Shown piece after piece: positions 32,388-42,970 of a stretch of 64,000 bases of DNA (position 1 is its first letter; each line of letters starts with the position of its first letter). The position numbers and the translations under genes are program-made. This DNA comes from Leptospira sp. (GTDB taxonomy: Bacteria > Spirochaetota > Leptospiria > Leptospirales > Leptospiraceae). The DNA lies in assembly GCA_034439575.1 (NCBI GenBank), contig JAWXAQ010000008.1, positions 32,001 to 96,000 of the forward strand. Direction: 5' to 3'. The notes under the pieces are model-generated. The model searched no databases, was not told the origin of the DNA, and saw only the letters and a program-made list of their open reading frames with translations.

Positions 32388-33524
32388 TTATGTCTTTCTT
32401 CTCACAGTTTGTGGAACTTGAAAATCAATCGGATTTTGGCCCCAATCTTTTTTGGTAATGCCGTAGAGCCCGACAAGTAAAATCAATAATACAAGTGTGC
32501 ATAAGTAGAGATTGTATTCTTCTTTGTGAAATACTTTGCCTTCTCCAGGAAGTGGTGTTACTTTGGGAGTCTGTGGTAATCCAAATTTTCTGGCCAATGA
32601 TTCTATCTGAATGATATTTATGACTGGAATGTCTCTTTCTAAAAATGACTTTAAAATGGAATCAGGTGGATTTACATCGTCTGGCAATTGTTTAATGAGA
32701 CCACTCTTGAACACTTGTTTGCCGAGGCTAGTTCCTAGAATTGTGGTTCCGCCTCCTACATTCAAAAAAGCTTTGATTGGTTTTCCGGAAGAAAGTTTGA
32801 AATACAAATCCATTCTTTGTTTCATAGAATCTTCTATTCCAGATGGTAAGATCAAATTCACTTTGTTTCGTTTGATAGCATTGATAAGGATTGATTTTCC
32901 CTCAGATGACATACCTACACCTTTGTCCTGAGTTCCACCAAGCGATGCATAAGCGGTCTTCGTAAAAAATATAGAATCATCTATGAGGGCTGATTCCATA
33001 TCTAACCATAACATTTGCGGATGGTTGGCTCCAAATTGGCTAGCGGAGGCGCTTCCTATGACGATAGGTTTTAACTTCAAAGTTTCCAATGCGGCAAGTG
33101 CACATATATTCATGGCAGGAAATGAGCCCGACATAGAAACCGCAATCGTATCACCTTCTTCAAGTTCTGCTTTCATCAATAAATGCACCAAAACAGCTGA
33201 GAAATTAGGATTAACAGAAGTTTGTTTGGCTGTGAGCGAACCAGTATTACTAGTTACCGGTGTTAAAAACTCGCCAATGAATCCAGAGTTAGCTGGATCA
33301 AATTCTGTATAATCTGGTTTTTTTCTTTTGATAAGTTCTGGTTTTAAAGCGGAGAAAGCTCTTTCTGCTAATTTTGCAGCCATCAACTTCTTTTTGTAAT
33401 ACGGTTGTTCCTTTTTTACTTTGAATGTTTCTATACTAATAATTCCTGCAATTCCAAATAAGGCAAGTATGGCTATACCTATCCTTGAGTGTTTCCATAG
33501 TTGCCAATAAACTCTTGTCATCAT
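32388..33524 (-). CDS. pgsW: poly-gamma-glutamate system protein
   Basis: GFIGEFLTPVTSNTGSLTAKQTSVNPNF, SGSFP, ASQFGAN, FLNVGGG; follows pgsC with ATGA overlap. Confidence 0.82.
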   Translation of the reverse strand: MMTRVYWQLWKHSRIGIAILALFGIAGIISIETFKVKKEQPYYKKKLMAAKLAERAFSALKPELIKRKKPDYTEFDPANSGFIGEFLTPVTSNTGSLTAKQTSVNPNFSAVLVHLLMKAELEEGDTIAVSMSGSFPAMNICALAALETLKLKPIVIGSASASQFGANHPQMLWLDMESALIDDSIFFTKTAYASLGGTQDKGVGMSSEGKSILINAIKRNKVNLILPSGIEDSMKQRMDLYFKLSSGKPIKAFLNVGGGTTILGTSLGKQVFKSGLIKQLPDDVNPPDSILKSFLERDIPVINIIQIESLARKFGLPQTPKVTPLPGEGKVFHKEEYNLYLCTLVLLILLVGLYGITKKDWGQNPIDFQVPQTVRRKT

Positions 33525-33979
33525 AAAAATTCGGAACCTACTAGGAAGATGAGGATTATCTTTACAAGAATTGAAGCGATGACGAGAACTGATGTCGTTT
33601 CAATGACACCTTGTCTCTCAAACCAAAGTCCAATCAGTCCAGGAATAATAAATCCAATGCTACGAATATCTGATAAGATCGGGGTCTCAATATCGGGAAG
33701 AATTTGATAATTTAAAAGATAACCGATAAAATAAGCAAATAACAAAATCAATACGGTCTTTCGTTTCCCAAAAACAATAAAGAAAAATGTAAGAGCTTCG
33801 ACCGCTAAATAGGATAGAAGGGCAATAGTAAAAGTAATGGCTAAATTTTTTGGATGGTTTAAATGAAGTGCGATGTATCCAGGCACAACAAGTCCTGTCC
33901 CTACGATACCAAAAAATTCAGAAAACAATAAACTAACAACTAAACTGATTCCTATGGCAAGTGAAAGTATATCATTCAT
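33521..33979 (-). CDS. pgsC: poly-gamma-glutamate biosynthesis membrane protein PgsC/CapC
   Basis: SLLFSEFFG..GLVVPGYIAL, FGKRK, IGFIIPGLIG.W.ERQG. Confidence 0.93.
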   Translation of the reverse strand: MNDILSLAIGISLVVSLLFSEFFGIVGTGLVVPGYIALHLNHPKNLAITFTIALLSYLAVEALTFFFIVFGKRKTVLILLFAYFIGYLLNYQILPDIETPILSDIRSIGFIIPGLIGLWFERQGVIETTSVLVIASILVKIILIFLVGSEFL

Positions 33980-33981
33980 AA

Positions 33982-35169
33982 TTAGTATATAGTCCGATTT
34001 TTTAAATATTGATTTAACTCAAGTCCAATGCCTGCAATGTTTCCCAGAGCGATCACATAGGATTTTTCTTTCACCTGTTCCAATATAGATTCAAAAATAT
34101 GATCTAAATCCGCAGATTCCCAGTTAAATAATTGCATACCATCTTGGCAGTAAAGTTTCAAAAAATGAAGCGCATATTTTGTACCGCTACCGATTAAAAA
34201 AATGGCTTCTACATTTTCCCATTGGGCAATTTCTTTGGCAATCAATTCACTTCGTTCTAATCGATCTTCACGACAATTAAATAAGACATAGGCTGATCTA
34301 TCGTGTCCGTAACGTTTGTTACATGACTTCCAAATCATTCGTGTACTTTCGGAATCATTTGCGGCCATAGCATTTAAATAAACTAAATTTTTTCCAAAAA
34401 AAGATATCGTTAAAGGATAAAGAGCCCCTGGATCTGGTGCAGACTTCCACATACCTTTGAGTGCGACTTCTCGTTTAACACCTAAAAATTCACATACAGC
34501 GAGTGCTAAAGATACATTTTCTTTGTGTTCCCAATATGTGAATTGATTCATATCTTTTTCTGTCAGTTTGTCATCGCCATTACGATCTGTTAAATGAAGA
34601 GTTGTTTTTCTTTCTTTACATACAGATTCAAAAATTTCTGGATGGGAAACTTTTCCACAAAATAAATCCGCATGATAAGGGATTCCAGATGCTAAAGAAA
34701 GTGTCACATCCTTTATTGTCGGTCCCATAACATCCAAATGATCTTCCCTAACATTACTGATCACACCTATATGAGATTTTAATATCATAGCTTCGGAAGA
34801 CCATTGGTAACGTGGTTCCAGTGCCATACATTCTATGACAATCACTTCCGCATTTTCTCGTTTTGCGACGTTTAAAATCGAAATTTGTTCTAAAATAGAA
34901 GGTCGACCCCAGCGTCGTATTACCCGCTCCGAATGATCAGGAAATATTAAACGAGCCATAGTACCAGTGGTTTTAGCAAGTACTCGAAGTCCAGATTCGG
35001 CAAGGCCAGAACGTATAAGTCTTGTTATGCTAGATTTCCCCCTAGTTCCGTTTACATGAATTCGTATTTTGAATTTTGAAAGAGTGATGCGGTGAATGAT
35101 TCGTTCTATAGCTAAATAAAGGATTAATAATAGTATGAGGCTAAAAAAGATAAAAGTAGCAGATTTCAT
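33982..35169 (-). CDS. pgsB: poly-gamma-glutamate synthase PgsB/CapB
   Basis: IRIHVNGTRGKSS, AKTTGT, IECMAL, NVREDHLDVMGPT, PDPGAL, AAND. Confidence 0.95.
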   Translation of the reverse strand: MKSATFIFFSLILLLILYLAIERIIHRITLSKFKIRIHVNGTRGKSSITRLIRSGLAESGLRVLAKTTGTMARLIFPDHSERVIRRWGRPSILEQISILNVAKRENAEVIVIECMALEPRYQWSSEAMILKSHIGVISNVREDHLDVMGPTIKDVTLSLASGIPYHADLFCGKVSHPEIFESVCKERKTTLHLTDRNGDDKLTEKDMNQFTYWEHKENVSLALAVCEFLGVKREVALKGMWKSAPDPGALYPLTISFFGKNLVYLNAMAANDSESTRMIWKSCNKRYGHDRSAYVLFNCREDRLERSELIAKEIAQWENVEAIFLIGSGTKYALHFLKLYCQDGMQLFNWESADLDHIFESILEQVKEKSYVIALGNIAGIGLELNQYLKNRTIY

Positions 35170-35261
35170 TATGAGTTTATATTGAAAATAAGAACATTTA
35201 TTTAAACGAATGTAATCGTTTTGAAATCATTCCCAAGTAAAATTTAGTTTGGTAAATCATC

Positions 35262-37658
35262 ATGAGCATACGGTATAAATTTTTACTCATATTAAGTGTC
35301 AGTCAAATCTTTCTTGTAATCGCCTTAACTACAAGTTTTGCCTACCTTTTACAAGCTGTAAAGAACATCCCACAGACACAAAGGGCTGAAGATCTTTCTC
35401 GGAATTTCGAAAGAGAATTGGAATTCAAAGAAGAGAAACTTAAACTTTTACTGAATGAAATTACACTTAATACAAAAACGAAATCAATTTTAGAAAGAGG
35501 TCTCCTGAATCGCAGTGTCTTTATTTCTGAATTGCCATATATAGAAAGTATAATGAAGCGTTATGAACTTTCGATTTTTGAAATCGGAAATATGCAAGGT
35601 ATCGTTCAATTTCGAGCTCATCGCCCGAAAGATTTTGGGGATAACAAATTTCAGCAACCTATCATTCAAAAAGCGATTAAGGGTGAAATTTCAGCAAGTC
35701 TTGAAGATGGCCATAGTGGACTTGGTTTTCGTTTGGCGGCACCATTATTTGGTAAAGGTACGATTCTCATTGGCCAAGTGGTAGACAATCAATTCACTCA
35801 TACGATTTCAAAAGACCAAGGCATTCATTTAGCGATATTCCAAGCGGGAAAAATCAAAACAATTGGTTCTGATCTATTGGCAAAATTAATTCAAGAAGAG
35901 CCAAGCCTTCTTCAAGACAACCAGCGAATTCAATTTCAAAATAAACCTTATTATATTGTGAAGATTCCTTATCGCGCTCGGGAAAATACGGTCAAGGATT
36001 TGGTTTTTAATGTAATGATTGATGAGAATGAAGTAGAAACCAAAACATTAAAAATTTGGACATTTTTTACCATCGCCTCGTTTATGTTATTTGGTGTGAT
36101 TCTCTTGATCTCACTTACATTTTCTCATGATATAGTTGGTGCTATTAAATTATTAACTTCTGCTATGAATGATCTAGAAAATTGGAAACCAGAAAACCTT
36201 CCCACAAGGCGATCCGATGAAATTGGTCAAATGGGTAGAGTTTTTGTTGATATGAAAGAAGAATTGTTTCAACACCAAAATCATTTGGAGGATATGGTCA
36301 ACAAACGGACAATGGAGCTAAATGCTAGTTTGGCGGAAGTAAAAAAATTAAAAGAAGGCCAAGATGGGGATTATTTTTTGACCTCTTTATTAATAAAACC
36401 ATTGAAAGGCATATTTTCAAAGTCAGAAACAATAAACATTTCCATTTTAGAAAGACAAATGAAAGAGTTTACATTCAGAAATAAAAAATCTGAAATTGGT
36501 GGGGATATAACATTAACAGATAACATCCATTTAATGGGAAAAAAATATACAGTTTTTGTCAATGCAGATGCTATGGGAAAATCAATACAAGGTGCAGGTG
36601 GATCGCTTGTACTTGGTACTGTTTTTAAATCCATCCTCACTCGCACTCAAAAACAAAAATATATGCAAGAGCGTCATCCAGAAAGATGGCTAAAAGAATG
36701 TTTCCAAGAAATTCACAATGTTTTTATCAGCTTTGATGGTCATATGTTGATCTCTGCAATAATGGGGCTTGTTGATGAAGAAACAGGAACATTATACTAT
36801 ATCAATGCAGAACACCCTTGGCCTGTACTTTTTAGAGATGGCAAGGCTAGTTTTTTAGACACAACATTTTCACTTAGAAAGATTGGTTTTACCGAAATGC
36901 ATAGTGATGAAGTGATCATAAAGGTTTTTGCTATGAGGCCTGGTGATGTAATCATTATGGGATCTGATGGTAGAGATGATTTATTATTAAGTCAGAAAGA
37001 TGAAAATAGAATCATCAATGATGATGAAAATTTATTTTTAGAACACGTCACAAATGGAAATGGGAATTTGACCGAAATCTTAAAATCATCGATACAAATC
37101 GGAGAATTTACTGACGATTTAAGTTTATTAAGAATTAGTTTTTTAGAAACAAATGCTACTTCGATTGAAGATGTCACCAAACAAGAAGAATACTTTACAC
37201 ATTTAGAAGAAGGTCTTAATTCTTACCGGGATGGCGATTGGGAAAATGCCATCATATCTCTAGAATTTGCTTTAGAATCAGAACCAAATGATGCTTATTG
37301 TTTAAGAGAATTGGCAAAATTATATTTAAAGACACATAGCTATGATCAGGCGATTGATTTGGCTGAAAGGTATTTAAAAACTAATCCTGAAGATACAGAA
37401 TTTCTTTTTTATATAGCTTATGCGTATAAACAAAGAAGAAATTTTGGGCTTGCATGTGATTTTGCAGAGAGACTAAGACTCAGAGATCCGAATAACTTTA
37501 AAAATCTGATGCTTTTATGTGAAATTTTGATGCATATGAAAATCGTGAATAAATCAGAAGTTTTACTCGATCAGATGGAGAAGATATCACCTAGCAATCA
37601 AAAGGTGGCTAAATTAAGATATTTTTGGAAAAAGTTGGCGGCGACGGTGGTCGTTTAA
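35262..37658 (+). CDS. membrane sensor SpoIIE/PP2C phosphatase with HAMP and C-terminal TPRs
   Basis: Two TM segments, RSDEIGQM HAMP, IGGD, ADAMGK, NAEHP, GSDG, DDLS; TPRs at the C-terminus. Confidence 0.88.
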   Translation: MSIRYKFLLILSVSQIFLVIALTTSFAYLLQAVKNIPQTQRAEDLSRNFERELEFKEEKLKLLLNEITLNTKTKSILERGLLNRSVFISELPYIESIMKRYELSIFEIGNMQGIVQFRAHRPKDFGDNKFQQPIIQKAIKGEISASLEDGHSGLGFRLAAPLFGKGTILIGQVVDNQFTHTISKDQGIHLAIFQAGKIKTIGSDLLAKLIQEEPSLLQDNQRIQFQNKPYYIVKIPYRARENTVKDLVFNVMIDENEVETKTLKIWTFFTIASFMLFGVILLISLTFSHDIVGAIKLLTSAMNDLENWKPENLPTRRSDEIGQMGRVFVDMKEELFQHQNHLEDMVNKRTMELNASLAEVKKLKEGQDGDYFLTSLLIKPLKGIFSKSETINISILERQMKEFTFRNKKSEIGGDITLTDNIHLMGKKYTVFVNADAMGKSIQGAGGSLVLGTVFKSILTRTQKQKYMQERHPERWLKECFQEIHNVFISFDGHMLISAIMGLVDEETGTLYYINAEHPWPVLFRDGKASFLDTTFSLRKIGFTEMHSDEVIIKVFAMRPGDVIIMGSDGRDDLLLSQKDENRIINDDENLFLEHVTNGNGNLTEILKSSIQIGEFTDDLSLLRISFLETNATSIEDVTKQEEYFTHLEEGLNSYRDGDWENAIISLEFALESEPNDAYCLRELAKLYLKTHSYDQAIDLAERYLKTNPEDTEFLFYIAYAYKQRRNFGLACDFAERLRLRDPNNFKNLMLLCEILMHMKIVNKSEVLLDQMEKISPSNQKVAKLRYFWKKLAATVVV

Positions 37659-37987
37659 AAGGAAGCCAAGGCGGCTTCCGTCGTTTCATAAATCTGAATG
37701 ACTGAAGAGATTTTTGAGATGCGGAAAATTTGTTGAATCGTCTTTGATACGTTAACGATTTTTAATCCACCGCCTTGTGCAGATAACTTATCATTGAGTG
37801 ACATGATAAGACCAAAGCCAGATGAATCGATAAAACTCACTCCACCTAAATCAAAGACAAATTTATATTCACTGTCAGCAGAGGATTCCTTAATTTTTTC
37901 TTTTAAGATCCCCGCATTTAACATGTCTAAGTTTCCAAAAAGTTTTAAGACAGTAACGCCATCTATTTTGTTTTCAGTGTATTCCAT
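37655..37987 (-). CDS. STAS-domain anti-sigma-factor antagonist
   Basis: GNLD, FDLGGVSFIDSSGFG (phospho-acceptor Ser motif). Confidence 0.92.
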   Translation of the reverse strand: MEYTENKIDGVTVLKLFGNLDMLNAGILKEKIKESSADSEYKFVFDLGGVSFIDSSGFGLIMSLNDKLSAQGGGLKIVNVSKTIQQIFRISKISSVIQIYETTEAALASF

Positions 37988-38032
37988 TCAACCGCTTTGA
38001 AGATAATCCATTTTTTGATTTGGTCAATCAGT

Positions 38033-40105
38033 TTAATTTACAAATTTTTCCCATTTTTCTTGGATGGATACGCTTCTTAAAATTCGCCATATTAAGTTTG
38101 ATCCATTCTCAGAATTGGTCAGAATCACGATTCCATAGCCTTTTTTAGCGTTAAAAAATGCCAATGCTTTGTGTCCCTTTGTATGCCCACCATGAAAAAA
38201 ATACTCCGAGTTGCCTGTACGGTTTATAAAAAAGCCTCTTCCGACAAGAGCATGAACAGTCAGGTTGGCGGCACTCATTTTCGGTGTCAAAAGATACTTT
38301 GCATAGCTTTGTGATATGATTTCTGAATTTCCATTGTATGCCTTTGCTACTTCATTGAATAAATTTCCAATCTCTTCTGGAGTTGTCCAAAGACCTCCGG
38401 AACCAAGCTCAGGTGAAATAAAATTCTTTTGAGGGAGAACAATTCCATTCATATCATGACCATCGCAATAATCGAAAGGACTCGTAAGATTTTGACGAAA
38501 GGTACTTTCTTTCCAGTGTAATGGTTTTGAAACATAAGTTTCAATGAGCAAAGGAAAATTCATACTAAGTGAATTTGTAAGCGCTTCTTGAATCACAGCA
38601 TAACCACCGCCTGAATATCTCGATTTAGATCCAGGTGAATAATACAATTCTAAACCATGTCCGGGTTTTTCTGAATATGTATCTTTAATTTCGCTAATAT
38701 GTTTTTTGCCTTTGTTAATCGGATCATCCCAATTTCCCTTTTCCGTGAGGCCACTAGTATGCGAAAGTAGTTGGTCTAAATTTACAAATTCACCTTTTTT
38801 TTTCTGTTTCAAGCTGATCTTATACTTTCTTAATTTTTGATTCCAATTTTCATAAGGATGAAGGATTCCTTGTTCCATCAATTGAGCGACTGTAAATGCA
38901 ATCGCTGTCTTTGATAAAGATCCAGCTCTGAAAAGCGTACGTTCTGTAACTTTATTTTGGTTTTGAGAATTTTTGATACCATAATTTTTTTTCCAAGCCA
39001 AATTATAGTTTTTATAAATTGCAATACCTACAGCTGGAACTTTTTGATCTTTCATCACATCTTCTATAGATATTTCTGTAGTTGATTTTACTAGTTCTCT
39101 AACTTTGAGACGTTTACCACCAAACATTACTTCTGTGAGTATGGATTTGTAGGAAGACAAATCACCGAGTGAGCCACCCCAGGGACTTATGATACAAATA
39201 AAGAGATCACTTTTTCTATCTTGGTAAATGAAGTTCGAAATCCCTTTCTCTTTTCCATACGACCAATGGAAATATTCACCGACATACACACCTTCACCAA
39301 AATAAATTGCATCTTCGGCAACGGCATCTTTCAAAATAGTGCGCTCAAAGATTGCTTTTACTTGTTTTTTGAATAATAGAGTAGGATGTGAAAGTTCTTC
39401 TTGCCAATGGATTAAATCTTCTGGATTTGAATAAATTCCACTGTTACCTAGGACTGGTTCTGATTCGTCCACATAACTATGGTTCATTTTTAAAGGAAAA
39501 AAAATTTTTTCATTCAAAAAATCGTGATAAGACTTTCCTGAAAGTTGTTCGATCAAAAGTCCTAGAACAAAGTAGTCCAATCTTGTATATTTCCAATACT
39601 CTCCTGGCGGAAATGCGGTCAAAGTTTTGGCTTCTATCAGTGCTTTTTTTAATTGAGTATTTTTTTTTCGCTGAGGTATCGTATCAAAGTCTGGATCAAT
39701 TTCTACGATTTTTGGCAATCCACTCGTATGTTTGAGTAAGTTTTCTATTTTTATATTTGGATATGGGAACCAAGGCAGATGAGTTTTAACATAGGAAGAT
39801 TCTTTGATATTTTTTTCTAATAATAAAATTTTTAAGGCATAAGCTGTGAAAATTTTGGTACTTTCACCTAACGGAAAACTATGTTTTTTATATAAATTTT
39901 TAGGATTGTCTCCTCTCTTTTGATAAATTGTCTCTCTCATTAATATTTCTTTGCCTTTAGAAATGAGAATGACTCCTTGGAAATTTTCTTGTTTCAGCCT
40001 TTGTCTAATTTCTTTTTTTACATCAAGCGAAAGAGATCCTTGTGAATCTTCCCCGCAAGATAGAAAAAAAAATCCAATCCAAATAAATATCAAACAAAGG
40101 CGCAT
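38033..40105 (-). CDS. lipoprotein with two tandem beta-lactamase-like (serine hydrolase) domains
   Basis: Lipobox FLSC; LLKHTSGL and LLSHTSGL repeats; domain 2 has SLSK, YSG and HGG motifs. Confidence 0.85.
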   Translation of the reverse strand: MRLCLIFIWIGFFFLSCGEDSQGSLSLDVKKEIRQRLKQENFQGVILISKGKEILMRETIYQKRGDNPKNLYKKHSFPLGESTKIFTAYALKILLLEKNIKESSYVKTHLPWFPYPNIKIENLLKHTSGLPKIVEIDPDFDTIPQRKKNTQLKKALIEAKTLTAFPPGEYWKYTRLDYFVLGLLIEQLSGKSYHDFLNEKIFFPLKMNHSYVDESEPVLGNSGIYSNPEDLIHWQEELSHPTLLFKKQVKAIFERTILKDAVAEDAIYFGEGVYVGEYFHWSYGKEKGISNFIYQDRKSDLFICIISPWGGSLGDLSSYKSILTEVMFGGKRLKVRELVKSTTEISIEDVMKDQKVPAVGIAIYKNYNLAWKKNYGIKNSQNQNKVTERTLFRAGSLSKTAIAFTVAQLMEQGILHPYENWNQKLRKYKISLKQKKKGEFVNLDQLLSHTSGLTEKGNWDDPINKGKKHISEIKDTYSEKPGHGLELYYSPGSKSRYSGGGYAVIQEALTNSLSMNFPLLIETYVSKPLHWKESTFRQNLTSPFDYCDGHDMNGIVLPQKNFISPELGSGGLWTTPEEIGNLFNEVAKAYNGNSEIISQSYAKYLLTPKMSAANLTVHALVGRGFFINRTGNSEYFFHGGHTKGHKALAFFNAKKGYGIVILTNSENGSNLIWRILRSVSIQEKWEKFVN

Positions 40106-40106
40106 A

Positions 40107-41756
40107 TTATCTTTGAATTAGACTGGGATGATAACCTTCTGGTGGAATAAATCCTAATGCGTCTAACACGGTAGCTGCGACATTTGCTAATCCATAACTT
40201 TTTAGTGAAGAATTAAATTTGATTTTTTCATTGGGATCATAAACAACAAATTGTACTGGGTTTAAAGTATGGCTAGTTTTTGGAACAGGTTCCCCTTTCG
40301 GTGAAATTTGAGCCTGTCCTTTTTTATCCAATTGAAACATCTCATCCGCATTGCCATGATCGGCTGTGATAAACATGACAGTATTTGTCTCTTTACAAAT
40401 CTTCATTAGGCGGTCTATGCAAGTATCCAAATATTCTAATCCTAAAATGGTCGCTTTCATATTTCCAGTATGTCCCACCATATCGCCGTTTGGATAATTG
40501 ACTCTCAAAAATGGATATTTATGTGATTGGATCGCTTGTACTAAGGTATCAGTAATTTCATTTGCTTTCATTTCCGGTTTTTGGTCAAAAGGTATCACAT
40601 CAGATTTAATTTCTTCATAGGTTTCAAATTTTTGATCAAAATAACCAGATTTGTTCCCATTCCAAAAAAAAGTCACATGACCATATTTTTGAGTTTCGGA
40701 AATGGCATATTGGCTCACTTTTTCATTCACAAGATATTCCGCCATCGTTCTGTCAATCTCCGGAGGTGAGACTAAGTATTGTTCGGGGATAAAAAGATCT
40801 CCATCGTATTGCATCATTCCCGCAAATTCAATATCAGGTAGTGATCCTCTGTTAAACGGTGCAAAGTTTTTTTCTGTAAATGCTCTAGATATTTCAATAG
40901 ATCGATCACCACGAAAATTAAAAAAGATAACCGAATCACCATCTTGAATTTTACCTAGTGGTACTCCCTTTTCATCTACAATTACAAAGCCCGGAATGTA
41001 TTGATCTATAAGTTTTGGATTTTCAGTGTAATAAGTATCTAATGCTTCTTTGGCGGAATTAAACTTTCGTCCTTCACCTAATGCGTGTATCTTCCATCCT
41101 CGTTCCACCATGGACCAATCGGCTTCATAACGATCCATGGTAATTTCCATGCGACCACCACCGGATGCGATCTGAATGTTTATTCCTGATTCACGTAAGC
41201 TTTTTAATTCATCTTCAAAAGGGATTAGATAATCAAGGGCTGATTTTTCAGGAACATCACGGCCATCGAGTAAAATATGTATGCGGATTTTTTTGACTGA
41301 TCCTTCTTTTGCTTTTTGTATCATCGCTTTTAGATGATCAATGTGGCTATGTACATTCCCATCCGAAAACAGACCTAAGAAATGTAAGGTGCTATTTTTC
41401 TCGTTCACATTATTTATTAATTTTTTCCAAATCTCACCTTGGAACAAAGCACCAGAATCAATAGAGGCACTCACAAGTTTGGCACCTTGGTCAAAGATAC
41501 GACCTGAGCCAAGAACATTGTGACCTACTTCCGAATTGCCCATATCTTCATCACTTGGCATACCTACAGCTGTGCCATGAGCTTGCAAAAGGACTGTTGG
41601 ATGGTTTTTCCAAAGTGATTTGAGAACGGGCAGATTTGCCGCATCGATCGCATTGCCGTCAAGGCTACTATGTTTTGTAAATCCCACTCCATCTAAAACT
41701 ACGAGTAATACTTGTTTTGTTAATGGGCCATTAGGGTGCTTTGAAAGAGTTAACAT
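40107..41756 (-). CDS. gpmI: 2,3-bisphosphoglycerate-independent phosphoglycerate mutase
   Basis: [56 protein letters not shown]. Confidence 0.95.
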   Translation of the reverse strand: MLTLSKHPNGPLTKQVLLVVLDGVGFTKHSSLDGNAIDAANLPVLKSLWKNHPTVLLQAHGTAVGMPSDEDMGNSEVGHNVLGSGRIFDQGAKLVSASIDSGALFQGEIWKKLINNVNEKNSTLHFLGLFSDGNVHSHIDHLKAMIQKAKEGSVKKIRIHILLDGRDVPEKSALDYLIPFEDELKSLRESGINIQIASGGGRMEITMDRYEADWSMVERGWKIHALGEGRKFNSAKEALDTYYTENPKLIDQYIPGFVIVDEKGVPLGKIQDGDSVIFFNFRGDRSIEISRAFTEKNFAPFNRGSLPDIEFAGMMQYDGDLFIPEQYLVSPPEIDRTMAEYLVNEKVSQYAISETQKYGHVTFFWNGNKSGYFDQKFETYEEIKSDVIPFDQKPEMKANEITDTLVQAIQSHKYPFLRVNYPNGDMVGHTGNMKATILGLEYLDTCIDRLMKICKETNTVMFITADHGNADEMFQLDKKGQAQISPKGEPVPKTSHTLNPVQFVVYDPNEKIKFNSSLKSYGLANVAATVLDALGFIPPEGYHPSLIQR

Positions 41757-41790
41757 AGATTAGATTCCTTGTTTTTTTCCATCATCAAAT

Positions 41791-42969
41791 TTAATCAGGA
41801 TTTTGCAACTGGAAGATATCGAGTGGAGTTAAGTCAACAGATATCGGCGTTGGACTAAGAAGGACATTACCTTGATTTGTGTCATAAACATTCAAACCTG
41901 GATTTTTAAAATCAGTCACGCCCACAATTAATTTTCCATCAGCTGTCAGTACTAAACCATTTAGAGTGATACCTGTAGTGCCAGGAATATCAAGTAAAAC
42001 CCCAATTTTTTCTCCGTTTGTCGGTCGAAAGGCCTGTATGGATTTTTTAAAAGAACCGTCGAGCACTATGGCAAATCCCATGTTCTCGTCCTTGATTTGA
42101 AAATTTAAAATGTCACCACTTGCCGTACTTTCTAGAAACAGAGGGTCTGGTCGGAAGGATTTGGTTCGTAGATTAAAAGCCAAGATACCTCCATCATTTT
42201 TTGATAAAAAACCTACAAAGGCAACACATGAAAAGAGTAGATGTGGTTCGCCAAAAATATTTTTTTTATAAATTCTTCCTGAAGGATTTCGAATGGGAAA
42301 TGTATACGCTCTTATCACTTGGTCAAGATTCATATCAATTTCCAAAAGTAGCGATTCAGAGTTAGGTGGAAAATATCCCGAAACATCATTTCTATCCAAT
42401 CTTTGTATGGTGACAAATAAACTGGATTCATGTTGGATCATGGCTCCGATTTCTAAATAAGCATCCGGTCTTCCAGAACTTGAAAATGTCTCACGATAAC
42501 TAGTGAGCGAAATTTCTCCCTGTTGTAATCCGGTTACAGAATTATAAATGGGAATAGAATCTGCATTGTAAAGAGCCACATAATATTTGTTATTCCAGTA
42601 AGAAATGTCTTGTGGATTTTTTCCTTGGCCAACGCTAAAATCTTGTACAGTTAAAAAATTCAAATTTGGATTTAAAACCTGTATGCTGTCACGGTTTAGG
42701 CGATTCACAATAAATACTCTATCATTGAAAAATCGTCCAAATGCATCCGAATGAATGCTGACGGAGGTGGGGGAAGGGGTTAAAGAATTTGGATCAAAGG
42801 ATTTAAATCTTCCTCCGCTACCAAGATCACTTGAGATAACACCTACAGAAGTGGGAGAAGAAAATAATAATAAATATTGGAATAAGTCTGGTTTTTGGAT
42901 TTCCATCTCATTGCAATTCGTGAATAGAAGTAGTGGAATCAAAATTTGAAATTTAAAAAAATATTTCAT
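41791..42969 (-). CDS. beta-propeller-like lipoprotein downstream of the TonB receptor
   Basis: Lipobox FTNC; repeated short beta-strand blocks (RVFIVNR, NPQDI, YYVALY, LFVTIQRL); start 1 nt after the receptor stop. Confidence 0.6.
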   Translation of the reverse strand: MKYFFKFQILIPLLLFTNCNEMEIQKPDLFQYLLLFSSPTSVGVISSDLGSGGRFKSFDPNSLTPSPTSVSIHSDAFGRFFNDRVFIVNRLNRDSIQVLNPNLNFLTVQDFSVGQGKNPQDISYWNNKYYVALYNADSIPIYNSVTGLQQGEISLTSYRETFSSSGRPDAYLEIGAMIQHESSLFVTIQRLDRNDVSGYFPPNSESLLLEIDMNLDQVIRAYTFPIRNPSGRIYKKNIFGEPHLLFSCVAFVGFLSKNDGGILAFNLRTKSFRPDPLFLESTASGDILNFQIKDENMGFAIVLDGSFKKSIQAFRPTNGEKIGVLLDIPGTTGITLNGLVLTADGKLIVGVTDFKNPGLNVYDTNQGNVLLSPTPISVDLTPLDIFQLQNPD

Positions 42970-42970
42970 A

